DNA from: Octopus sinensis
Lineage: Eukaryota
Length of the DNA: 64,000 bases
Direction of reading: 5' to 3'
Assembly: GCF_006345805.1 (NCBI RefSeq)
Contig: NC_043013.1
Location: forward strand, 31,744,001-31,808,000
Shown here: piece after piece, positions 39,385-50,559 of the stretch
How positions within the stretch are numbered: position 1 is the first letter of the stretch
Layout: each line of letters opens with the position of its first letter
Notes under the pieces: generated by a model
What the model was told of the DNA's origin: nothing
Seen by the model: the letters and a program-made list of their open reading frames with translations, nothing else
The model's database searches: none
Position numbers and translations under genes: made by a program

Positions 39385-42300
39385 TTTTAGCTCACGAGCT
39401 GTGGCCATGCTAGGGGGCCGCCATTTGTTGTCGCGACATAATTTTACTTCACGAATGATTTTTAGAAATTGACATTTGGTGCATGAGGGAGTTTGATGCC
39501 GCTGCCCTCATCCTGCCGTGAGGCTGGTTCATCTGAGTCAATTGACAGTAAGAGGTTCAGCGTTATTTTGAAGACACCTATATCCATCCCTTGCAAGTCT
39601 CTCATGTCCTTCGGGAGGATATTGAAGAGGTGTGAGACACTGAAGCCCAGGCTATTGTAGTATCTTGTCCTACATCTTCATGGCACTATGTAGTGGGGCC
39701 CAGCTCTAGTGTTTGTGTAACTTCCGACGCCAAAGTTTGGGACAAGTCCTTCCATGATCTTACAGATCTAAGGAATAGAGTCGTAATCTCTAGAGTTTTT
39801 CCCAGTAGCTTATATCCTGTTTAGAGGCTATCTTCTTCGTGTAGCTTCGTTGGATTGCCTCAAGTTCTGAGATAAAATTTTACACTGGTTGGTGACCATA
39901 GCTGAGAGCAATAGTGAAAGTGGCTTAAGACAAGTGCCCTCCAGAAGACCATCATGGTTTCCTGATCTCTTGTTCTAAAAGTTCTAAGAATCCATCCGGT
40001 CAGTCGCCTGACTTACACACGGAAGGATATATCATTACTCATGTAAATGCCCAGGTCTCGCACTGACTGTGCCTCTGGGATTGCAATCCCTCTAAGTCCA
40101 GTGTATTTAGTGGGTATTGCATTTAGTTTTGCATGCTCATAGCACAAGGCTTGAAACTTTTCAGCATTAAACTGAATGCTATTCTTTTCAGCCCACTTGT
40201 ATATTTCATCCAGCTCACATTGCAGGTGCATAATGTCTTCAGGGTTCTGTATTACCTGTGAGACTCTTGTATCATCTGCATAACTTGTGATCGTGGCTCT
40301 CTGCGAGGCTGAAGGCATGTCTCAGAGGGCCGTTTTGAACAGTTGTGGTCCCGAAACAGTGCCTTCAGAACACCGCTCACTATTTCCGTGTCATTGGAGG
40401 TGAGCCATTGGCTACTACCACCTGACTTCTATCTTTCAGATTGTCATGAAGCCATTCTCCCAATTTTCCAACTATGCAGAAATCACGCATTCTGTGACAT
40501 ACCATTCCATGATCGACTTTATCAAAGGCCTTTGCAAAGTCGAGATGTATCACTTCCACATTTGAGTGGTTGAGCAGCTCTTTTAGCACCCAGTCATTGT
40601 GTTGTAAGAGCTGATTCAAACAGCTTCTTCCTGGTCGGAAACCATGTTGGGTGTCAGGCAGCAAGTTATTGGTTTTCTTCTGACTATTCGTTTCGTGCCT
40701 TTTGCTGATGTGCGAGGTCAGAGAGATAGATCTGTAGTTCTTGCCCTCCGCTTTGCTACCCCCTTTATGAATACGGCATATTTTACCCTCCTCCTGCTTT
40801 CTTGGAAGTTTGCCAGTTGCAAGAAAGCTCTGACAAAGGGACTGCAATTGTCTTGCTAGGACTCGCTTACATACTTTTAGAAGTATTGCTGAGAATCCAC
40901 TAGGGCCAGTAACTGAGTTTGGGTTCATTTCATCTATAGCCCTTATTACATCGTCTTCTTTTATATTGATGTAATCTATGATCACTGTTTTGATATCTGC
41001 AGTGGTAAAAAAAAGTCAGTTGGATTGCTGACTTGCAAGTGTCCTAGGGGCGGAGTGAAAATACTTTTGAATTGCTCATTTAGCATTTCACTTATCTTTA
41101 TTGGGTTTCCTGTGAGTGTACTATCTTTTTCAAGGAGTGACCCTATCCTGCAGTGCACTGAAGCTGTTTCTTTGGCAAACTTGTTGAAATCTCTGGGGTT
41201 AGAGATGATATTGCCTATAGCCCAGGCTTCTTTTTCTGCTCTTGCTTTTTCATGACAGAGTTGCAGATTTTTCTCAATCTCCAGCAGTTGTATTTTCAGG
41301 CGGGACATTTCACTGATTTCAAGTAGTTTGTTTAGACGATTTGAAACGTTTGTACGCCGTCTCATAAGAATTTTCCTTTCCTTGGTAATTTGGCTCTTGT
41401 GTACAGTGGCCTTTCTCTCCGGGACACATTTGTAGCATATGGTTTGTATTACAGACATGAATTGTTGAAGTTTCATGTTGATGCCCGGTTAGGAGAGACA
41501 TTTTGGCCAGTTTTGTTTGCGGATCTCTTTCCCAATTTGTTTCCTGTTTGCCTTATGGAAGTTCAAGCTGGAAAGATTCTGAGAGTTTCTTGTAGGCTGC
41601 ATGTCTATGGTTTCCTTTTGTTGGTACATGGTCAGCTCTACCATGTTGTGATCCGAGAATAGCGTCGGTGTCACCTTCACATTATGGATCACATCCATAC
41701 TATTTGTGAAGCAGAGATCCAGTATGTTACCTGCCCTGGTTGATTGGAGTATTATTTGTTCCATGTATAAAGTGTTGATGAGTTTCAGGACGGACTTCAC
41801 ATGTCCTTGTTCGTATCGTGTCATTCCTGGGAGAGAAAGGCCTTCCTGTAATCTAACATTGAGCAGATTGAGGTCTCCCATAAGAAGTGCACTTATGTGT
41901 TGTTCTAAAGTGACCAGATTTTCTATTTTTGTAAATGCAGTCTTCAAACTTGCCTACATGATTCGGAGCATCTGGAGGGCGATATGTAGCTCATATAACT
42001 ACATCGAGTTGTCTTATTATGTACAATTAGTGTGTCACATACTGAATTTGAATGTGACAAAAGGACCCGGGGTGTGAGGTCTTCGCGGATGTACATAGCA
42101 AACCCACCATGAGTCCTTCCTTTCCCGTCGTTCCGTAATACAACACACTGTGGTACGTGTATTTCTGCATTTGCTATATCTGGTTTTCTGGTGTTTGAGT
42201 AAGTATTATGCGTAAGGCTTGCTTGCATGCAACAAGGACTTTCAAGAAAGGGATTTTTGTCCTGTTACTAAGTGTTAACAGTCCTCTGATGTTCGGTAAG

Positions 42301-42420
42301 AGCATCGACGTGATTTGCTTGTGTTGTTGCCAGTGGTGCCCACCTTGGGTCTAGTTACTGTGGTTGTCTTGTGTATTGGTGATAGTCCCATCTGTGAGAC
42401 TGATGTAGCCAGGTCAGCTA
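39385..42420 (-). mobile_element. CR1/L2-like LINE, decayed ORF2 spanning APE endonuclease and RT
   Basis: LLPNIRGL, GRTHGGFAMYI, LLMGDLNL, TRAGNILDLCFTN and SDHNMV (APE); NYRSISLTSHI, QHGFRPGRSC, LDFAKAFDKVDH and YADD (RT); many frameshifts. Confidence 0.95.
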
Positions 42421-42455
42421 GCTACATCAATCTCACATATATTTATATAAAGTTG

Positions 42456-42715
42456 GAATTTACAAAAAAAAAAACAACACAAAAGACGAAGACGTGTATG
42501 TAAACAACAAACAGATGTATGATAAATTGGTAGCCACAACACACATTTTTTTCTCTCCTTGTTTCCCTCCTTGATTCTTTCTGTGTTCCTTTCTGTGGAA
42601 GAGCGTAGGCTCGAAACGTAAAAGACTTTTTCAATTCCCGAGGGTTTTTACTAATACATCTGTTTGTTTTATATACCACCTGTCTTCGTCTTCTGTTTTT
42701 TCCGTGAATTCTCCC
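42456..42715 (+). mobile_element. Small HHR-bearing element with imperfect inverted arms
   Basis: 42456-42520 pairs with 42654-42711 (AAGACGAAGAC/GTCTTCGTCTT, AACAAACAGATGTAT/ATACATCTGTTTGTT); TA-rich flanks. Confidence 0.65.
42589..42624 (+). ncRNA. Minimal type I hammerhead-like motif, A6U variant
   Basis: CTTT-CTGTGGA-A-GAGC(GTAG)GCTC-GAA-AC/GT-A^AAAG; palindromic ACGT helix III, GUA triplet. Confidence 0.55.
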
Positions 42716-42720
42716 TGCAG

Positions 42721-42758
<38 letters not shown>

Positions 42759-42846
42759 GTATGTATGCATATATATGTTTCATTTAATATCGGGAATCAT
42801 CAGGTTCAAATCTAGGATTAACTACCTAGAGATCCATGGTCACAAT

Positions 42847-43015
42847 ATTCTTTTCTACGCTAGGCACAAGGCCCGAAATTTTTGGAGAGGGGCCCAGTCG
42901 ATTAGATCAACTCCAGTACATAACTGGTACTTAATTTATCGACACCGAAAGGATTAAAGGTAAAGTCGTCCTCGACGGGATTTGAACTCAGACCGTAAAA
43001 ACAGGCGTTATGACC
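42847..43015 (-). mobile_element. SINE family A, 3' part
   Basis: TTTTCTACGCTAGGCACAAGGCCCGAAATT...CTGGTACTTAATTTATCGACACCGAAAGGAT. Confidence 0.8.
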
Positions 43016-43377
43016 ACAATATTAAAAACATCTTATTCTGTTAAATAATGGCTCCTCAAACGTTTTAGATGAGGGAATTATGATTACTTTACTAATGCTT
43101 TCCACTTGGTGCCAATGTAGGGTTGTATTGTTGCCTATTCTAATTGAAGGTACGATATATTGGGCCCACAACCACAATTCACTGGGAAAAGAGATGAAAA
43201 TTTAATCTATGACGGTGAAATGAAAATTGTTAGCTACAGAAAAATATTGCAAGAAGCACAATTTAACTCTACAATTGAACCAGCAAGAAGAAAACACAAG
43301 GCTAGATGGATAGACATAATACAGTTATTCATCAATAGAAATGCATTTCTCAGAAATCAATTTTTCTATATAAATGG

Positions 43378-43734
43378 TTATTCAGAAAATAAGTATAAGT
43401 CGCAGAGATTTGATTTGGTAGAGACGTTAGAATTATAGAAAAGACGTATTCTAGCATGTATTTCAGAAGTCGCAAAACCGTCTAGGTCAAATTTACCATT
43501 AATCATTCCGGATGGATGTAGGGGTGGTGTATAAATACTAATTTTGAGCGATGGCTTGTTGAAATGCCGATTGAAAAGTTCAAATTTTCCTTTGCTCATT
43601 TTGGTTAGTAGACATAATCTGTTACCCAGTCGTTTCACACTACGTGAGGTCTCTTTAACGGAGGTGCAAGTATTTTTGACATGGCTTAGTTTCGGGATTT
43701 CTTGAGTGTCCTCTCCTCCAGTGTCGAAATGGAA
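43378..43734 (-). CDS. Candidate orphan terminal exon (118 codons), product unknown
   Basis: Non-repetitive open frame preceded by the acceptor-like CTCTATCTATTTTTTCTTGGTTGAATGTCTACAG; no recognisable domain and no partner exons found. Confidence 0.25.
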   Translation of the reverse strand, partial: FHFDTGGEDTQEIPKLSHVKNTCTSVKETSRSVKRLGNRLCLLTKMSKGKFELFNRHFNKPSLKISIYTPPLHPSGMINGKFDLDGFATSEIHARIRLFYNSNVSTKSNLCDLYLFSE

Positions 43735-44608
43735 CTGTAGACATTCAACCAAGAAAAAATAGATAGAGGCAGTGTCGTACCGTAAGTAATAAATTGCAAA
43801 TTAGGATATCATTGCTACACAAACATACGAACACATGAGCGCGCAACCAACGTCAAACAAAAATTGATGAGGAAGTTTTATAATATTTCTGTAAAGAAAA
43901 ATCTTTAAAAATGTCAGTGTTAAGTCATGCTATCAGCTATAAACGGCGACTGCTCCTGCAAGGATCTTGATAAAAAGAGAAAGAAATATTCGCGACGTCT
44001 GATATAATAAAATAATTTTGGATAGTGTTGCAGAGACTAAAATAACAAAAGAATAAAAGCCATGTATATTCCCAGGTGTGTGTATAATTGTGTGATAAAA
44101 AAGTCAGTCGACCAATACATGAATTGAGCGATAAACAAATAAATATCTCTGGAAAAACAGGTCACAATTTTGATGCAATCAATAGAGACAAAAAGTTTAT
44201 GAAGTGACCACTGGGAGACAATATTCAGATAAACAGAATCATATCCTGAAGCTAACCAATGAAAATTAGATTATCTGACAAACTGTCATATGAATAACAA
44301 CAATCATAATCATAACTATAAAGTGGAAAAACAACCTTTTAATAGAAATAACGGCATATACCACTGGAAACGAGCCAAATATGGAGAAAATAATGGACTA
44401 CATGTAATGCATAAAATACCAACCCGGACACTGAATGAAGATAGGTTTGACAAGAGATAGGATGACGTAAAACGCTAGTGTTATGAAATATAATTCAGTT
44501 AAAATGTTCGGTCAAAACTACTACATATTGATGAGAATATATATTTGCGTGTGCGCACGTTTATATATGTATATATATGAACCTCCCAGTATATATAGAT
44601 AAACATAT

Positions 44609-44652
<44 letters not shown>

Positions 44653-45159
44653 ATTAGGGCTTAGTAAAATAAATTACTTTGCCACATACTGAACTTTCTA
44701 GAAATAGCAGCCAAAAAGTGTTTTAGCCATTTCCACTACTTAAAGAAAATTTCTCTCAGAAAATGTTTACTCATAAATAACTCACGAAGGTATGGAGGTA
44801 AAAACAGAAAAATATCACAAGTACAAAGATCATTTGAGAACGTTAACGTTTCTAGATTAGCCAAATAAACTCAGCATTTCTTTCGTCAGCTCAACATTTC
44901 TTAATTTGGATTTGGAAGCACTAAAAGGAAGAACATACCCTTCGGCGACGTATCACCTCAGATGAACACGTTCAGACTGCCAGTACTAACAAATTCAAAA
45001 TGCGCAAGCGAAGATTCCTGCTCTCTCCCCTTCCACCCACGTGGGTTATCTAGTAAACATATATTTTAACGGTGAGAACCGAAGCAATAGAACAGAGAGA
45101 AATGAATTATATATATATATATATATTATATATATATATATATTAATAGTTATCGCCAT

Positions 45160-46810
45160 GTAAGCCTAGTACTTATTCTATCGGTCTCTTTTGCCGAACC
45201 GCTAGTTTACGGGGACGTAAACACACCAGCATCGATTGTCAAGCGATGTTGGGGGGACAAACACAAACACACACACACACACATATTATATATATATTAT
45301 ATATCGCAATGGCCCAGTGGTCAGGGCAGCGGACTCGCGGTCGTAGGATCGCGGTTTCGATTCCCAGACCGGGCGTTGTGTGTGTTTATTGAGCGAAAAC
45401 ACCTAAAGCTCCACGAGGCTCCGGCAGGGGTTGGTGGCGGTCCCTGCTGTACTCTTTCGCCACAACTTTCTCTCATACTTCTTCTGTTGGCCTGCTCGCT
45501 TAGCCAGCGGGGTGGCATCATTTGAAGGCTAAAACAATGCAGAGCGCATTGTGACCAGCGATGTGTAGCAACATCTGATAGTCTGGTCGGTCACGGTGAT
45601 CACGGTGATATATATATCGTTCAGTCTCCGTCTACCGACTCCGCCCCAGGACTTATTCTTTGTAAGCCTAGTACTTATTCTATCGGTCTCTTTTGCCGAA
45701 CCGCTAGTTTACGGGGACGTAAACACACCAGCATCGATTGTCAAGCGATGTTGGGGGGACAAACAAAACACACACACACACACATATTATATATATATTA
45801 TATATCGCAATGGCCCAGTGGTCAGGGCAGCGGACTCGCGGTCGTAGGATCGCGGTTTCGATTCCCAGACCGGGCGTTGTGTGTGTTTATTGAGCGAAAA
45901 CACCTAAAGCTCCACGAGGCTCCGGCAGGGGTTGGTGGCGGTCCCTGCTGTACTCTTTCGCCACAACTTTCTCTCATACTTTCTTCTGTTGGCCTGCTCG
46001 CTTAGCCAGCGGGGTGGCATCATTTGAAGGCTAAAACAATGCAGAGCGCATTGTGACCAGCGATGTGTAGCAACATCTGATAGTCTGGTCGGTCACGGTG
46101 ATCACGGTGATATATATATCGTTCAGTCTCCGTCTACCGACTCCGCCCCAGGACTTATTCTTTGTAAGCCTAGTACTTATTCTATCGGTCTCTTTTGCCG
46201 AACCGCTAGTTTACGGGGACGTAAACACACCAGCATCGATTGTCAAGCGATGTTGGGGGGACAAACAAAACACACACACACACACATATTATATATATAT
46301 TATATATCGCAATGGCCCAGTGGTCAGGGCAGCGGACTCGCGGTCGTAGGATCGCGGTTTCGATTCCCAGACCGGGCGTTGTGTGTGTTTATTGAGCGAA
46401 AACACCTAAAGCTCCACGAGGCTCCGGCAGGGGTTGGTGGCGGTCCCTGCTGTACTCTTTCGCCACAACTTTCTCTCATACTTTCTTCTGTTGGCCTGCT
46501 CGCTTAGCCAGCGGGGTGGCATCATTTGAAGGCTAAAACAATGCAGAGCGCATTGTGACCAGCGATGTGTAGCAACATCTGATAGTCTGGTCGGTCACGG
46601 TGATCACGGTGATATATATATCGTTCAGTCTCCGTCTACCGACTCCGCCCCAGGACTTATTCTTTGTAAGCCTAGTACTTATTCTATCGGTCTCTTTTGC
46701 CGAACCGCTAGTTTACGGGGACGTAAACACACCAGCATCGATTGTCAAGCGATGTTGGGGGGACAAACACAAACACACACAAACACATATTATATATATA
46801 ATATATATAT
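45160..46810. repeat. Tandem array of a 502-bp composite unit (3 full copies plus a partial)
   Basis: GTAAGCCTAGTAC starts at 45160, 45662, 46164 and 46666; unit = minus SINE-B piece, (CA)(TA)n, plus-strand SINE-D. Confidence 0.95.
45305..46614 (+). mobile_element. Three SINE family D copies inside the array (45305-45610, 45807-46112, 46309-46614)
   Basis: CGCAATGGCCCAGTGG...GGTTTCGATTCC...GTCACGGTGATCACGGTGAT. Confidence 0.9.
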
Positions 46811-46958
46811 ATATATAATTAAAAATGAGGGTGTCTGAGAGACACCAACATGTCGAAATAGCAGTCGAAATTCTGACTATAAAAACCACGTTAAGTGTTC
46901 ATATCGTACCATGAGATAAGACAGAGGGACAAAATATACAAGCAAAAGTTATTGAATA

Positions 46959-47017
46959 ATTCAAGATCCAGGATTTCTGGTTTTGCTTTAAATAAGCTTT
47001 ACCGTCATCAATTGAAT
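46959..47017 (-). ncRNA. Type I hammerhead, C3U variant
   Basis: ATTCAA-TTGATGA-C-GGT..GCTT/AAGC..ACC-A-GAA-ATCC(T)GGAT-C^TTGAAT; AUC triplet. Confidence 0.65.
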
Positions 47018-47482
47018 ATATCAAGGGTACATAAATACAGATATATATATGCAGAACAAACGATATACTTACAATTACGAACGTCCATACATACATAAAT
47101 ATGTACGTATGCACACGGCCAGTTAAATTGCCCGCCAAAACACCCCATAAGCACGATATGGTTAAAATAAACACCGCAGTGAATATAATAACGAATTATA
47201 TAAATTTATATATGAGGATAATATCGATATTTAAGTATCAATATTATCAAGTGGCCAGCATGGAAAAAATACCGTACAAAGGTAATAATTTTTAACAATT
47301 AAAAATGAGGGTGTCTCAGAGACACCAACATGCCGTAACCATATCGTGCTTATGGGGTGTTTTGGCGGGCAATTTAACTGGCCGTGTGCATGCGTACATA
47401 TGTATGTATGTATGGACATTCTTATATGTAAGTATATAGTTTGTTCTGCATATATATATCTGTATTTATGTACCCTTGATAT

Positions 47483-47541
47483 ATTCAATTGATGACGGTA
47501 AAGCTTATTTAAAGCAAAACCAGAAATCCTGGATCTTGAAT
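47483..47541 (+). ncRNA. Type I hammerhead, C3U variant (identical inverted copy)
   Basis: Same fold as 46959-47017. Confidence 0.65.
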
Positions 47542-48634
47542 TATTCAATAACTGTTGCTTGTATATTTTGTCCCTCTGTCTTATCTCATGGTACGATATG
47601 AACACTTAACGTGGTTTTTATAGTCAGAATTTCGACTGCTATTTCGGCATGTTGGTGTCTCTCAGACACCCTCATTTTTAATTGTTAAAAATTATTACCT
47701 TTGTACGGTATTTTTTCCATGCTGGCCACTTGATAATATTGATAAATATATATATAACGACCTCGAACCCACAAGAGTAAACAAGAGAGACTGAGACAGG
47801 CAGATACAAGGAAATGCCACTTGTATTTGAACACTATACAAAAATATTCTTTAAAAAAATATTTTCTTTTAATTTTTCTATATTTAATTGTTCAATTGTT
47901 ACAGTTGAATAAGTCACAATGACTGAAATGGCCACAGTCACATGACTGAAACAAGTAAAAGAGTAAGAGCATATATATACAGGGAGAGAGAGTGGTGAGA
48001 GATAGCGAAAGAGAGAGCGAAAGAGAAATAGAGATAAAGAAAGAAAGAAAACAGGTGTCTCCCAGTAATACACTGAGATATCCTGATGCTCACGATGACG
48101 CGTGGATTTTCTCTATACTATACGCTTAATTTGTCATCTTCATCCACGGTGGTTTTGTTATCCTGCATTAAAAAATGTGCTATCTCAAGTTAATACTGTA
48201 TTTTTTCTGTACGTGTAATACACAATAGATTTCAGTTTGATTTTCTTTGGCCTAATTCAAGGTTGGACACGTAAGCTTGCTTCTACTTGATTTTCTCTTT
48301 ACACAAATGCTGTATTTAACCTTACAATTTGAATGCCCATTTTTGGCCCATTAAAATAGACGGCCGTACTCCTTACTAAGCGAATAAAAATTACAAAGTA
48401 CGTTTAGTGTTACTGCGTCATCAGGGTATGCTTCACCTATAACAGCGTTGGTCGCCAAGAAGTAATTCCGGCTCTATTTGAAGGAGCATACGCAGAATTC
48501 CAATAATGCTTCGTATTATTATCGCATCCCGTTATTTAATGTTATGATTCATCCATTAGGTTGACATGTTTTCATTTGTTCTGTTGAGTTACAAGTAACT
48601 TCCTTCGACAATCTAGTATAATACCGTTGGTGCT

Positions 48635-48838
48635 TTAGTGAGCAAACAGTTTTGTTTCATTTCCCATGTAGTGTATATGACAAAATATCAAGTCGGATGC
48701 ACTTCTTAATATGTTCCATTTATTATTTTTAACAGTGATGATTGCATGTTTCTCATGTTCGACTTTTATTCGTATGGTATTAAGTAGATTAACCAGTTTC
48801 AACCGCAATCCGCCATGCCTATTAAAATTTCGATTCCA
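48635..48838 (-). CDS. Weak candidate exon (67 codons to stop)
   Basis: Acceptor-like CTCTCTGTTCTATTCATTTCCAG, in frame with ORF 48635..48901; no domain recognised. Confidence 0.15.
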   Translation of the reverse strand, partial: WNRNFNRHGGLRLKLVNLLNTIRIKVEHEKHAIITVKNNKWNILRSASDLIFCHIHYMGNETKLFAH

Positions 48839-48896
48839 CTGGAAATGAATAGAACAGAGAGCTATATAAGTATAGACTTTAATACAAGTATCCATA

Positions 48897-48935
<39 letters not shown>

Positions 48936-49019
48936 TATATATATATGCCGTGTGTATATGTGCATAGGTATACGTAGATTAATGTATAGCTGCATACAAA
49001 ACCTCACGCACACTCGGGT

Positions 49020-49064
<45 letters not shown>

Positions 49065-49517
49065 ATCTATATATATATATATATATATATATATGCAGAG
49101 TGAGAGAGAGGGTGAGAGAGAGAGAGAGAAAGATAGGAGATACGTGATACAATGTTATATCAAGCTATTATAGTTTATTAGCAATGTGGAAAGGCATAAA
49201 ATGTAATGATTAACAGGTTATTGAACTTCTTCAATTTCAAATTATGACCAATTATATCTTTGGAGATTGGAAATGGTTTGAAGTACCAATTTATAAGCAA
49301 AATATATCGGTCACTAGAGGCATAGTTGAATTAATTCCATTATAGGCTCCCATAATCTTTGTATAGAATATCCTGATAAAGAAGGTGACGTCAACAGTAC
49401 TTACGTATTAATGACTGCTTCATGACTATAAAGTGGGTAGTTTATAAGTCAAGTATCTCAAAATACAGGTTTACTGGAATTAAATCGTAAGACTCACTTT
49501 ATTATATTTGTAATAGT

Positions 49518-49552
<35 letters not shown>

Positions 49553-50099
49553 ATGTATGTATATATATATATATGTGTGTGTGTATATATATTGTGGTGT
49601 GATTAATGAGGTAGAAAATGAAATTTCCAACGGTTAAATTGCACATTAATACTATATTGTACAGTGAATTCAAGCTAATAAATTCGGAAGAGGTAAATCA
49701 TGATAATAAATTTCAAAGCACTTTAATATTCGTTGTTATACAATACACACACCCACACACATATACATACACACGCACACACGTACTAAATAAAATTAAA
49801 CAACAAAATAAAGCTTGTATGAAATTTTCAGGCCATTTGCAAGTTGGTCTTACAGCTGTTTCTGTGATAACATCCCAGATAGAGTTGTGAAACTAACATT
49901 CTTTTGATAAATGTCCTAAAAATTCCATACAGCCTTGGCTTTATTGTCTCATTTTATTTAACATATACATGCTCATAGAAGATCTGCATTAAACACCTCA
50001 CTCGTTTTATTATCAAACTGAGATAATAGCACGTACACAGCGTTACTTGCCACCTTGGGTCTTCTGGATACCTGTACCTCTCATATATATATATATATA

Positions 50100-50278
50100 T
50101 ACTTTATTTAAAGCAGCAGAAAATTCTACAAAACCTGTTACTCTGAGTTTCGCGTTGCCGTTCATAGGACAGGTTTTGCTAGCAGAATTTTCTGCTGCTT
50201 TAAATAAAGCATATTACTCTGCCACTGGTATTTGAGTACCCTTTTTTCCACCTTGTTTCACATTTATGTGTTTACTCC

Positions 50279-50281
<3 letters not shown>
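50100..50281 (-). mobile_element. Small foldback element in (TA)n with a hammerhead-like apex
   Basis: 50102-50138 pairs with 50169-50209; (TA)n on both flanks. Confidence 0.65.
50134..50173 (-). ncRNA. Degenerate type I hammerhead fold
   Basis: CCTGT-CCTATGA-ACG(GCAA)CGC-GAA-ACTC(A)GAGT-A^ACAGG; GUA triplet; core differs at positions 4 and 5. Confidence 0.5.
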
Positions 50282-50344
<63 letters not shown>

Positions 50345-50422
50345 TACATACATACATACATGCATATATATATATACATATATATCTAAATATATATATG
50401 TATTATATGTATATATATATGC

Positions 50423-50559
<137 letters not shown>

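Larger units (their letters stand above)
46817..47744. mobile_element. HHR-bearing element: 480-bp monomer with 39-bp terminal repeat (minus sense) plus 409-bp inverted copy
   Basis: 46817-46855 matches 47297-47335; 47336-47744 is the reverse complement of (47236-47296)+(46817-47164); (TA)n on both flanks. Confidence 0.85.

Noticed and set aside
42770-42815. Minus-strand CTGATGA...GAAAC
   Set aside because: Helix II does not pair and the 3' side is replaced by microsatellite; at most a truncated remnant.
47640-47730. HDV-like or complete twister fold in the 46817 family
   Set aside because: GGCATG/CATGCT-GG resembles P1 and P1.1, but P3 is displaced by 7 nt and L3 lacks the CC; twister pseudoknot partners are absent.
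48395-48432. Minus-strand CTGATGA...TAAACGTA
   Set aside because: G12 is missing, and helices I and II do not pair.
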